IMG/VR virus record: IMGVR_UViG_3300033146_001939
Coordinates: 1 to 43,807 of that record
DNA length: 43,807 nucleotides
From: a virus
Taxonomy: Duplodnaviria > Caudoviricetes
Reading direction: 5' to 3' (one strand)
Made by a program: the position numbers and the translations under genes. This document shows, piece after piece, positions 8,501 through 17,304 of this stretch; position 1 is the first letter of the stretch, and each line of letters starts with the position of its first letter. The notes beneath the pieces are model-generated. The model had not been told where the DNA came from and searched no databases. It was given only the letters and a program-made list of their open reading frames with translations.

Positions 8501-10812
8501 TAATATGCTCCAAATAACTTCATGCCAAAATTCCCAGCATCAGCAGTTGTTATTGTACTCAGTGGAGTGGAGGCTGGCGGCGTCATTCCACCTGGCACAC
8601 CTTTCTCTCCACCACTATTACCAATTACTACCGTCTGGTTCTTAGATTCGAACTCAGCGTCAGACTGTGCTTGAACCGCCGTTTCAGAATTCTGATAACC
8701 TTCTAATACACTATCAGTAATTTGTTTTTTAGAATTATTAGTTGAAAGCGTTGATTCTCCATTATCGCTAACAGCAGCCACATTTTTCTCTGATTTATCT
8801 ATGTTAGAATTCTTTAAGATATTTTGATATTCTTTAGTAGCTTCATCATTCACTCCTGCAGAACCAACAACTTTACCGTCAACAAATTTCATACTCTCAT
8901 CGTCATAAAGTTCTTTAATACTTTCTTGGGCAGCGGTTTCTTTATTATTAGCTTGAGTTGTAATTTTGCTTTTATTCTCAAAAGCATCGGCTAAATTAGA
9001 AGGAGTTGCCGCGCCAGCCGGTGCTGGTTTCACCTCGCCCCACTCTCTAAATTTCCAAATTGCTCTATTATTAGCAATAGTTCTAGCTTTTCTCCGCGTT
9101 ATTAGACCGACTTTCCCACCACGCTTCTTAAGTAGTTCTTGAAAAACTTTCTTTCCTTCTGTCTGTTTGAATTTCATAAATTCTTTATATTTCTCTGGAT
9201 AATTTTCAAACATATAATGAGAGCTAAATGTGAATTTCTCAGATTTAGCTTTCTTCGTGTTTTTCCCTACTCTCGCCCCAGCACCAGATTTCTGAGCTTT
9301 AGGAGCTGTCCCAGAACTTGCTACTTTAGGAGCTTGTCCTTTTTCTCCACCTTTTATGACTGGCGACTTATTTTCCCCAGTCTCTTTAATTTCTTCAGCA
9401 TCACCAGCATTCATTACGTCTCTAGCAACAAGACCAGCATCGATTCCAATAGAAGCAGCAGTCCCTAAACCTGGGATCATAGACACAGCACCAGATGCGA
9501 CCTCAGCAGCAGCTCCAGCAAAGTCTCCATCTAACATTCTTTGAATTCCAAATCCAACGCCAGCTAATAAACCAATAACCGGTATCTTTTTAAGTAATGA
9601 TTTACCAAACCCTTTAGCAGCACCTTTACCAGCAACCTTAGCAAAACCTTTACTAGCACCTTTTAAAATAGTGCTTCCGCCGGCTTTAGCAACACCTTCA
9701 GTAGCTTTTACTCCGGTCTTACCTAAAATAGATAGTCCACCTTTAGCAGCAGCCACTCCCCCTTTAACTGCAGATGCTCCACCTTTAGCAACAGCTTTTC
9801 CACCACCCTTTAAAAGAATGTCATCTAAGAAACTTATTGCTGTGGCCCCAGCTGCGATAATTTTACCAACTTTTCCAAATTTAGATAAACCCTTGATTCC
9901 CTTTACAGCTTTAACACCTTTAGCAGCACCCCCAGCAGTTTTTGCTGCTTTCGCCCCTTTAGCACCTTTATAAAGAGAATATCCAAGTATTCCATCAGTG
10001 ACATCAAGATCAGGTAGTAGATTTTCTAATATTCCTGGAGTAGTATCTTTCCCGTTAAATGCTTTTTTACTTCCCCCAACGGCCATAGCAGTTGAGCTTA
10101 CAGCACCAGGTAGAAGTTTTTGGTTTCTGCCATTATTTGATAAAGCTTTATCTTCTAAAGCTTCCTCTCTAGCACGCTCTGTGCCTCGAATAGCATGTTC
10201 AATATCTTCTAATTTTTCGATCACAGTATCTAATTTTTCATTATTTAAATAGCCATTTTGTTCGATATTAGTTTCAGCATTCTTTATAGTTTCAGTATTA
10301 TTCTGTTCGTTCTTAACATCTCCTTCTTCATTCACTTTTTGCTTTGCTTCAGTAATTCTTCTACGTCGACTAGTTAATTGCATGGCTAGAAGATTAAATA
10401 ACGGATTCTCAGTCATTAGACCCGCACCATGCAATGCTCCTTCAACTCCCAACGAAGCAATATTACCCATCCCGCTTGCTGATTTTAAAACAGATTCATC
10501 TTGTCTTACACCAGCGATATCTTTTATTGATTTCCCAATACCTTTAGAAATAGCTTCGGTATTGATCTTCATCATAGATTTTGGATCTTGCTGTTCGATC
10601 GACTCATCGATAGAGTGCCGTTTAGCTTCTCTGATGTTCTCACTAAGATTAAATGTTTCCTTAGTGAAAGCTCGAGCTTCCCGAAGCTCTTTATGAGCAA
10701 CGGTCGATTGCTTAGTGAGTTTTTCTTGTTTGTCAAAAAGTTTATTCATTCTCTTCGAGAACAATTCCATAAACTTCTTATCATATTTAAGCTGATTAAT
10801 ATCTGCTTCCAT
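8500..10812 (-). CDS. tape measure protein (gp29-like)
   Basis: 770 aa; coiled-coil N-terminus, G/A/K-rich region, hydrophobic KKIPVIGLLAGVGFG..GDFAGAA segment; lies between gp26/gp51 and gp48. Confidence 0.75.
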   Translation of the reverse strand: MEADINQLKYDKKFMELFSKRMNKLFDKQEKLTKQSTVAHKELREARAFTKETFNLSENIREAKRHSIDESIEQQDPKSMMKINTEAISKGIGKSIKDIAGVRQDESVLKSASGMGNIASLGVEGALHGAGLMTENPLFNLLAMQLTSRRRRITEAKQKVNEEGDVKNEQNNTETIKNAETNIEQNGYLNNEKLDTVIEKLEDIEHAIRGTERAREEALEDKALSNNGRNQKLLPGAVSSTAMAVGGSKKAFNGKDTTPGILENLLPDLDVTDGILGYSLYKGAKGAKAAKTAGGAAKGVKAVKGIKGLSKFGKVGKIIAAGATAISFLDDILLKGGGKAVAKGGASAVKGGVAAAKGGLSILGKTGVKATEGVAKAGGSTILKGASKGFAKVAGKGAAKGFGKSLLKKIPVIGLLAGVGFGIQRMLDGDFAGAAAEVASGAVSMIPGLGTAASIGIDAGLVARDVMNAGDAEEIKETGENKSPVIKGGEKGQAPKVASSGTAPKAQKSGAGARVGKNTKKAKSEKFTFSSHYMFENYPEKYKEFMKFKQTEGKKVFQELLKKRGGKVGLITRRKARTIANNRAIWKFREWGEVKPAPAGAATPSNLADAFENKSKITTQANNKETAAQESIKELYDDESMKFVDGKVVGSAGVNDEATKEYQNILKNSNIDKSEKNVAAVSDNGESTLSTNNSKKQITDSVLEGYQNSETAVQAQSDAEFESKNQTVVIGNSGGEKGVPGGMTPPASTPLSTITTADAGNFGMKLFGAY

Positions 10813-10979
10813 TATGTATTCCCATTAGCTCGAGCTTCTCTAATCTTTTTCTGGTGTCCGACAGTCATATAGTAATGAATTTCAAATTCAAAAGGGTACA
10901 TGTTGTCTATTTCTTGTATATCGTAGTTACCGTACATTTTCATAAAAAATTTCGCGTTAAATATAAAATCAAGGGGCAT
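10812..10979 (-). CDS. gp51-like baseplate hub assembly protein (55 aa); possibly made as a -1 frameshift fusion to gp26
   Basis: Not in track. MPLDFIFNAKFFMKMYGNYDIQEIDNMYPFEFEIHY matches the gp51 Y...EI.NM.P.E.EIY pattern; stop overlaps the tape-measure ATG. Confidence 0.75.
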   Translation of the reverse strand: MPLDFIFNAKFFMKMYGNYDIQEIDNMYPFEFEIHYYMTVGHQKKIREARANGNT

Positions 10980-10990
10980 ATCTAACGCGA

Positions 10991-11698
10991 TTATCCGAAA
11001 AAATCTAAAATATCCTCTATGTAAACCAGAGTTTCTTCTTCACATCGAAGACATTTAAATGTCTTTGAAATACCTAATGTGCTAATATGTTCAGCGAATT
11101 GAGCTGTAAATTCTGTGAACTCTTCTGGTTGAATTTCTTCAAACAGAAACTTAGTGACATCTTCTTCAGAAAGATTAGAAAATACTTCATCATTTAATGA
11201 AATAGATTCTATAGAATAAACAAGATACATGAACCGTTTTTTCTCTTCGCTTTCTATATTGATTAAAAGATCAGCTTCTTTTCTTGAGATTTCTCTCATA
11301 AAAAATTGAACATCGTTAATTAAAATTGGTTCTTTATTAAACTCTTTAAAATCGACATCTTTATCGAGATCTATGATCACATCTTCATTCAGTGTTTTAC
11401 AGTGTGGGCATGTGAAAATAACCTCGTGCTCTGAACCTTTACTTTTCTTTCTTAATTCAATAACCAGTCTGAAGAAATCCATCTCAGATAAATCTTTTAT
11501 GTTAACATCGTCATCAAGACATTTGCTAACTAATTCATCGATGTGCTTCATTTTCTCCCCGCGGTCTTTAATTCCTTCTGTAGCATAAAGAAATTCTTGT
11601 TCGTGACGAACTAACCAGGGTTGATACTTAATTGTTTTCCCGTTTGAAAGAGTAAAGTCATATTCATGTCGTTTATTTCGTTTTGGTAAATTGCTCAT
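10991..11698 (-). CDS. baseplate hub assembly protein gp26-like
   Basis: IKYQPWLVRHE, LRKKSKG, two CxxC motifs (CPHC, CLRC), C-terminal DFF. Confidence 0.85.
   Translation of the reverse strand: MSNLPKRNKRHEYDFTLSNGKTIKYQPWLVRHEQEFLYATEGIKDRGEKMKHIDELVSKCLDDDVNIKDLSEMDFFRLVIELRKKSKGSEHEVIFTCPHCKTLNEDVIIDLDKDVDFKEFNKEPILINDVQFFMREISRKEADLLINIESEEKKRFMYLVYSIESISLNDEVFSNLSEEDVTKFLFEEIQPEEFTEFTAQFAEHISTLGISKTFKCLRCEEETLVYIEDILDFFG
10997..11003 (-). other. candidate -1 programmed frameshift heptamer T TTT TTC
   Basis: Correctly phased X XXY YYZ in the last codons of gp26; the -1 frame is open into the gp51 ORF. Confidence 0.55.
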
Positions 11699-11710
11699 TA
11701 GTTAAACTCC

Positions 11711-12268
11711 TTATTTGTATCCTTGAGATGAGCCATCAGATGTAACTAAGTGACCCTCGAATTTAAATGTTACTACTGTTTTAATTATACTGTTATTAGA
11801 GACACTATAATCTAAGTCATTTATTTGGTAAGGCACAGCATTAATGAAAACGTCACCAGCAGAGCCCTTTCCGGCATTATCAGCACTATGTATAACGATA
11901 CTAGAAGATTTAAAATCATCAGGATACCCTCGCACTTTTGATTTTTGATTATAAGCTAAAGATAACCATTTTTCAAATAATATTCTAACTTGCATATCAT
12001 GTGTTTCTAAGAATGAAATCCTTAAATCCTGATCGCTTCGTTCTGTTGCTGTGAATCTAGGTCTACTAGATAGACTCGCCATTTGCATATCTAAGCTTAA
12101 ACCAGATACACTTACATCAACAGCGTTTATTAATAATTTTTCTGAGATTAACCCTGGATCAGCTTTCGGGCCCTGCATCACGACGATATAATTATGTGAA
12201 TATAATAAACCTGTTATAAGATGACTACCTGATGTAAATTCGCTTGGGTCTAATTTAATTTGTGGCAC
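11711..12268 (-). CDS. tail-tube-fold protein (gp54-like tube initiator)
   Basis: LRISFLE..D..VR.LFEKW, YP.DF, F.NA.P, F.F pattern of the gp19/gp54 family. Confidence 0.65.
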   Translation of the reverse strand: MPQIKLDPSEFTSGSHLITGLLYSHNYIVVMQGPKADPGLISEKLLINAVDVSVSGLSLDMQMASLSSRPRFTATERSDQDLRISFLETHDMQVRILFEKWLSLAYNQKSKVRGYPDDFKSSSIVIHSADNAGKGSAGDVFINAVPYQINDLDYSVSNNSIIKTVVTFKFEGHLVTSDGSSQGYK

Positions 12269-12270
12269 GA

Positions 12271-12765
12271 TTATCCCTCTTTAATTCCAGAATATTTAAA
12301 ATTAACAGTGAATTCCATTATATTATTTTCTTCATTTAAAGTGATTTCACTTATTTCAGTCGGCCACATATTGATGAATGTTAATTTATATCCCATTTTG
12401 AAATCTGGCTGGACATATTGAAGTACTCCATCTCCATAATGAGTGCCACCAATAAGTGTTGTTGGAGCATCGCCGGTTTCAACGTTGTTCATGGTTTCAA
12501 ACCATTTCTTAAAAAACTTATAGACTTCAAAATCAATATCTATCACAAACGTGACAGGAAATGCCCCAAGTGTCGGCACTCCTTGAGTCGGTACATTGAA
12601 CCCACGATAAATTAATTCCGGAGCATTTATAGACATAGAGGGGATATTAGTATTTTTTATTGCTAGATCAACCATTGGTTTAGGAGCCATTGGAAACGAC
12701 ATCGTGTACATGTTCGTTCTGGCATAATCTCTAAATTCACTAACTATCTCATTAATACTTTTCAT
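12271..12765 (-). CDS. tail tube protein gp19-like paralogue
   Basis: ARTNMY, VTFVID, F.KW, F.NMWPTEISEITL, F.V.F.Y motifs. Confidence 0.75.
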   Translation of the reverse strand: MKSINEIVSEFRDYARTNMYTMSFPMAPKPMVDLAIKNTNIPSMSINAPELIYRGFNVPTQGVPTLGAFPVTFVIDIDFEVYKFFKKWFETMNNVETGDAPTTLIGGTHYGDGVLQYVQPDFKMGYKLTFINMWPTEISEITLNEENNIMEFTVNFKYSGIKEG

Positions 12766-13278
12766 TTAACTAACTTCCCACCAGTCATATGTGAATGTTG
12801 CTGAAATTTCCGACGGAGCATCGTTAGAATCTGTGCTCAGTTCTGTCGCCTCAATGCTTTTTATCCAGACATTACTAAAAGTGTATGTTTTCACCGCAAC
12901 ATTTTTCCCGTTCATCTGCTGAACAGTTATAAAAGTGTTATTAACATAGTCTTTCAATATGGCTTTCTTATTTGTAGCTAGATCATTAATTTTATCGATC
13001 CAAGCTTCTAAAGCTGACCGAAGTTTTAATTCAGCGTCACTAAGAAAAACGATAGTAAGATCACTATGAGATAAATCTCCAGCTATTTTACGTGTGGCGC
13101 CAAATCTTTTATGTTCTATTTCTGTTAGAGCTTTATCTGGTAGTGATGCAGACTTAGCAGTGTATGATAAAGTCTTATCACCAGCAAAAGACTCTTGTGT
13201 GATAGTCACCAAAAATCGATTTGATCTGGCTACTTCTTTTAAGTTACTTCGGAATTCAGATAAAGTAAACGCTGGCAT
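12766..13278 (-). CDS. tail tube protein gp19-like
   Basis: ARSNRF, KSASLP, KIAGD, LR..LEAW, C-terminal F.YDWWE as in T4 gp19. Confidence 0.85.
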   Translation of the reverse strand: MPAFTLSEFRSNLKEVARSNRFLVTITQESFAGDKTLSYTAKSASLPDKALTEIEHKRFGATRKIAGDLSHSDLTIVFLSDAELKLRSALEAWIDKINDLATNKKAILKDYVNNTFITVQQMNGKNVAVKTYTFSNVWIKSIEATELSTDSNDAPSEISATFTYDWWEVS

Positions 13279-13308
13279 AAAACAATCCTATTTCTTTTTG
13301 TATAAGAT

Positions 13309-13316
13309 TATTTATA
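13309..13316 (-). promoter_or_regulatory. T4-type late promoter TATAAATA
   Basis: Exact motif upstream of the tube/hub operon. Confidence 0.75.
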
Positions 13317-13325
13317 TTAAGAGAT

Positions 13326-13880
13326 TTAGGTGCAAATAGCTCTGCCAACAACCTGTTCGGAGAATGTTAATATGAGAGAGGAAGAAGAAACATGAGTAAT
13401 ATCAGCTTCTGCTGTAGCTTCTTTGATGAATTCTCCAGCGATAAATGCGCCAACTTCGATATGCACGCTAGGGAATCTTTCTAGATTATGTGTGATAATC
13501 CATGAATTAGAAACTGTTTCCTGAACATGCATGAAACTTGCTAATTCAAAAGGGCGAGTGTAAAGACGATTAAGAGTGTCTTTGGTCACACGAACTTGTA
13601 TTTTGGAACCAAGAGGGAATGATTTAACACCACTCCCTTCTTGGTTTCTTTCAATCGAAAACTGGTTTCCCAGACGTTGCTTAACTTTAATAATCTCCCA
13701 CTCTTTCGTTTGAACATTTTCTAATGTCGCTAGAAAATATTGTTCATTGAGAATCGGAGCTGGAAATTTATCAGCGTCATCTGTTACTACATAAAGAATA
13801 GAATCAGCAGAGGTACCACCAAGACTAGCAGAAATATATGATGCTGCGTTATTTTCATAAAGTTGTCTGAGAAAGGCCAT
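13326..13880 (-). CDS. putative virion structural protein
   Basis: Late tail cluster; EIIKV..R......IER.QEG module and C-terminal W.I.HNL.R.P.V motif seen in phage structural proteins. Confidence 0.6.
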   Translation of the reverse strand: MAFLRQLYENNAASYISASLGGTSADSILYVVTDDADKFPAPILNEQYFLATLENVQTKEWEIIKVKQRLGNQFSIERNQEGSGVKSFPLGSKIQVRVTKDTLNRLYTRPFELASFMHVQETVSNSWIITHNLERFPSVHIEVGAFIAGEFIKEATAEADITHVSSSSLILTFSEQVVGRAICT

Positions 13881-13882
13881 TA

Positions 13883-14236
13883 TTATTCCTTAAATAAAAT
13901 ACTCATTTTGATCATGTCTTGCGTTGTGATTTTAGCATTTTCGAAATGCTCCATGTCAAAAGGCTCGAATTCTAATTCTACAGATTCGCGCATCAATTCA
14001 ACATATTCTTCTTGAAATTTCGGGATGTTTTCTTTTGGTACTTGGACACCCATTCCATCATCAACGCCCAAAGTTTTAACTAATTTTACTCGAGCTTCTT
14101 CGATGGCTGTTAAGTTAATATCGACTTCCCTAACAAATTTATTAAGCTTAAAAGCAATCTTCAAGGGTAGTGGTTCATTTGTTAAACGAGAAAGTGGTTC
14201 TTTCATTTCTAGAATTTGGCCTAATTGTACTTTCAT
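13883..14236 (-). CDS. hypothetical helical protein, possible fibre assembly chaperone (DUF1617-like)
   Basis: AGGAG SD; LP.K.AFKL.K...E..R..LV pattern common next to tail-fibre genes. Confidence 0.5.
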   Translation of the reverse strand: MKVQLGQILEMKEPLSRLTNEPLPLKIAFKLNKFVREVDINLTAIEEARVKLVKTLGVDDGMGVQVPKENIPKFQEEYVELMRESVELEFEPFDMEHFENAKITTQDMIKMSILFKE

Positions 14237-14291
14237 TTGTTTCTCCTTAGTTAAGTTTAATTATTTATTTTAACATACTTTGTTCAGAATG

Positions 14292-14849
14292 TCAAATAAT
14301 TTGGACAACGACCCAGCCATACATGGTGTTAGACCATGCTAATTCGACAGAAGTGTTCACAGAATCAAAAACGTAATCATCTGGTCCACCCATTATATTA
14401 TTTCCGTTACCGAGAACAGAAAGATTGTTCACGCTAAAATCTGCTCCAGCATCAACTACTCTTACTCTATCACTCAAAGTTGGAGTGGCAGGAAGAGCGA
14501 CCGAAACGGCGCCCCCGGTCCACGTGATGAATAAGTTATCAACATTACCAGCGCTTATAGTACCAAGAGGATCACTTGTGATCGTTCTCCAAGTATTATA
14601 TTTCTTGATGTCCATTATATCACTTCCATTAACAGTGACATTCGCGTCAAGAGCAGATACGCTAGTTTCTAAAGAGGCTATTCTAGCTTCTTCTAACGTT
14701 ATAGTAGTATTGATTCCAGAAATATCAGTAACGTTCTGCGCAATATCGTTATGGGCAACCTCGATACCATCTTCAATCTTATTGAGATTAATATCATTTA
14801 ACGGGACGTTGATGTCTCCATTAACCCATGTAGTTTTTGTGTAAGCCAT
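14292..14849 (-). CDS. short fibre/appendage protein
   Basis: MAYTKTTW..GD...LN.IEDGI N-terminus, coiled coil, and C-terminal LPATP..D.V.VVD...F..NNL domain (gp34-N-like repeat). Confidence 0.65.
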   Translation of the reverse strand: MAYTKTTWVNGDINVPLNDINLNKIEDGIEVAHNDIAQNVTDISGINTTITLEEARIASLETSVSALDANVTVNGSDIMDIKKYNTWRTITSDPLGTISAGNVDNLFITWTGGAVSVALPATPTLSDRVRVVDAGADFSVNNLSVLGNGNNIMGGPDDYVFDSVNTSVELAWSNTMYGWVVVQII

Positions 14850-14861
14850 TTTTATTTCCTA

Positions 14862-16628
14862 TTAATTATGAGGTACTAATCCGTTAGAAGGTGTTAAGTC
14901 TGCTTGCGTAGCTAAAACAGGGACAATATCACTTATTCTTGGATATTCTTTAACCCTTAATACTGTGCTTGAGTCATTTGAATCTGATGTTAAAAGCAAA
15001 TATAGATTATTTATATCATGATCCATATGGAATTCCGGTGGATTAAGCAGAGGTGAAGATAATTCTGCGAATTCTGTGGTTGAAGGATAATTCCCGTCAA
15101 AAAGCAGATTAATTTCTTCCATCACGACCCCAGAACCAGCATGATCTTCAATAGTCAATGTTATCTTTGCTGCCCTAAACACGCTTTTATCAAATGTGGC
15201 AATAGCAACACCCGGTCTAGCATCAAAATGCTCAAGTCTGAGTATGTATTCAGAGTCTTTTAGCTGTTGATATTGAACATCAGTTATATGGTTAACCTGC
15301 GGTGGGATCATTGCGACGCCGTCACCTTGGACGTTCTTTAAAGAATCGTGAGACATGTCAATACTTGTCTCACGTTCAATAGTCTTTTTCCACTCTGAGA
15401 GATCTGACAACCAAAGATATTCTGCCCAACCATCATCAACATCTGGATCGTCAGTGGCATCAATAACATGTACTCTTAATCCGTTATATTGATCGATGAT
15501 CGCGTTTAGAGCAGTGATATCATCAACCACTCTAATATCTCTAAAACTTGGTAAATAATTATCTTCAATTACTCCAAAACTATTTAAAGGAGCCCAACCT
15601 ATAGTTGGTATACCAGCCATATTGCCAACGCCATAAAACGCTGGAGTGGCTAATCTTTCATTGATGAGAATATCATTCGAAGCAACATCTGTGTAAATGA
15701 TAGATAGATCGAAATCATATCCAACGTCTAATGCAGTAACTCGAATTTCATAATCGTTTTCTAAGACGGCCGAAATAAGTGGTTTATTATTTAATTCAGC
15801 AGTCATTTGAGCTACAAGGCTCTGTAGATCGAAGGTAGCAGAGGCCATAAAATATTGAGTGGTCTCGTCTTCGTAGGTTACACCAAATAATTCGCCAGGT
15901 GTTACCACTCCACTAAATGTGAAGATGTATGTTTTATAATCACGAATAAGTGTGGGTTCTTGTAAAAATTTATTTTCTATTTCTGTTTCGTCATTTAGTG
16001 GAGCATAGCCATCCGCTTCACCTTTATGTGTCGTGAATTCAACACCGTTAAATCCACCAGAAGCAGCATTCCATAAACTTTTTTCGTCGTCACTTACCAG
16101 TAATAATTTTTCGTCTGCGTCGAAACCAGTTTGGATAAGTATCTCAGGACTTAATTTTGCGTCATCGTCTAATCTCGGTATACCATTCGCTATATCAAAT
16201 AAATTAGCTAAAGTGACAAAGATTCCAGAATTGGTTGGCATTTCAACAAGCATGCCATCTTTTAGCACACCTATATCGATTTTTCCGTTTAGATCTAAAC
16301 CAGCATACCCAGTTGGTAAATCTTTTTCAGATCTTAATTGATAATTTTGGATAGATGAATTTATGTTGTTCCAATTAATGATATCTTGATCAGAAACAAA
16401 TCTATTAGCGTTATTAGTATTGATATTTTCTGGTAAAATTGTTTCGCCTTTATAAGCAAAAAATCTTACTTGAACACCGTCCCAATAAGCTGGAGCATCT
16501 GATAGCGTATCCCAAAAAATTCTTCCACTCTCCCCCTCAAAAACTTGGTCTGCGTCTCTATGTTCTAGCACAGCTTTTAAGAAGTGGTTAAATTTTAAGT
16601 CTATATCTGTATAAAAATGTTTACTCAT
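14862..16628 (-). CDS. tail fibre-like structural protein (588 aa)
   Basis: Four G(Y/I/W)A.L(D/N)..G.I-type fibre repeats; late operon. Confidence 0.6.
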   Translation of the reverse strand: MSKHFYTDIDLKFNHFLKAVLEHRDADQVFEGESGRIFWDTLSDAPAYWDGVQVRFFAYKGETILPENINTNNANRFVSDQDIINWNNINSSIQNYQLRSEKDLPTGYAGLDLNGKIDIGVLKDGMLVEMPTNSGIFVTLANLFDIANGIPRLDDDAKLSPEILIQTGFDADEKLLLVSDDEKSLWNAASGGFNGVEFTTHKGEADGYAPLNDETEIENKFLQEPTLIRDYKTYIFTFSGVVTPGELFGVTYEDETTQYFMASATFDLQSLVAQMTAELNNKPLISAVLENDYEIRVTALDVGYDFDLSIIYTDVASNDILINERLATPAFYGVGNMAGIPTIGWAPLNSFGVIEDNYLPSFRDIRVVDDITALNAIIDQYNGLRVHVIDATDDPDVDDGWAEYLWLSDLSEWKKTIERETSIDMSHDSLKNVQGDGVAMIPPQVNHITDVQYQQLKDSEYILRLEHFDARPGVAIATFDKSVFRAAKITLTIEDHAGSGVVMEEINLLFDGNYPSTTEFAELSSPLLNPPEFHMDHDINNLYLLLTSDSNDSSTVLRVKEYPRISDIVPVLATQADLTPSNGLVPHN

Positions 16629-17280
16629 TTTCTAATTCACCTAATCTGGCTTTAATTTCAACAAGCTCAGCCTGTTGTTCTTTAAAACCCTGAATAAGAA
16701 CAGCAACCAAATGATCATATGCCAAGCCTTGAACTTCGCCGCCTGTTTTCAAAACTATTTCTGGTAAAACTTTTTCTACTTCCTCAGCAATTAAACCGAT
16801 GTCATAAACACCGCTTTCCTTCCAATTGAAAGTTACACCTTCTAATCTTGAGATAATCTCAGTAGCATTTGAAATCGGGGCAACATTTTCTTTATATCTT
16901 ATAGAAGAAACGGAATTAAATTTAATAGCGTTAATCCCACCATCCCCATCTCGTATTACTATAGAATCATCTTCAGCAAGATGTGTAGCAGTATCGAAAA
17001 GTACTTTATCGTCCCTACTCATTAAACCATGCTGCTGGTGAGTGACCACCATATTCACCCAATTACCATCGATCAATATATACCACACGTCGGGATTAGT
17101 AGAAGTGTTTCTCCATATAGCACCATCAAATAAATTTAAATTTTGATTTAATGGATTATCTTCTCCAACGTAGATTATATTACGAAGCAAATCATTAAGA
17201 TAAACGCTGGTGAAGTTTTCACGTTCACCAGCGATTCTTGCTTTTTCTAATCTATGTCTAAATATTCTTTTTACAGCCAT
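16621..17280 (-). CDS. short fibre protein with Peptidase_S74 intramolecular chaperone
   Basis: SSIRYKENV...L.GVTFNWK...IGLIAEEVEKVLPEIV...Y..LVAVLIQ..KE followed by a coiled coil. Confidence 0.85.
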   Translation of the reverse strand: MAVKRIFRHRLEKARIAGERENFTSVYLNDLLRNIIYVGEDNPLNQNLNLFDGAIWRNTSTNPDVWYILIDGNWVNMVVTHQQHGLMSRDDKVLFDTATHLAEDDSIVIRDGDGGINAIKFNSVSSIRYKENVAPISNATEIISRLEGVTFNWKESGVYDIGLIAEEVEKVLPEIVLKTGGEVQGLAYDHLVAVLIQGFKEQQAELVEIKARLGELENE

Positions 17281-17304
17281 AATAAACGTCTTTTATGTAA
17301 AGAA

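Noticed and set aside
9139-10872. Several plus-strand ORFs inside the tape measure gene
   Set aside because: Antisense shadows of a low-complexity Gly/Ala/Lys coding region.
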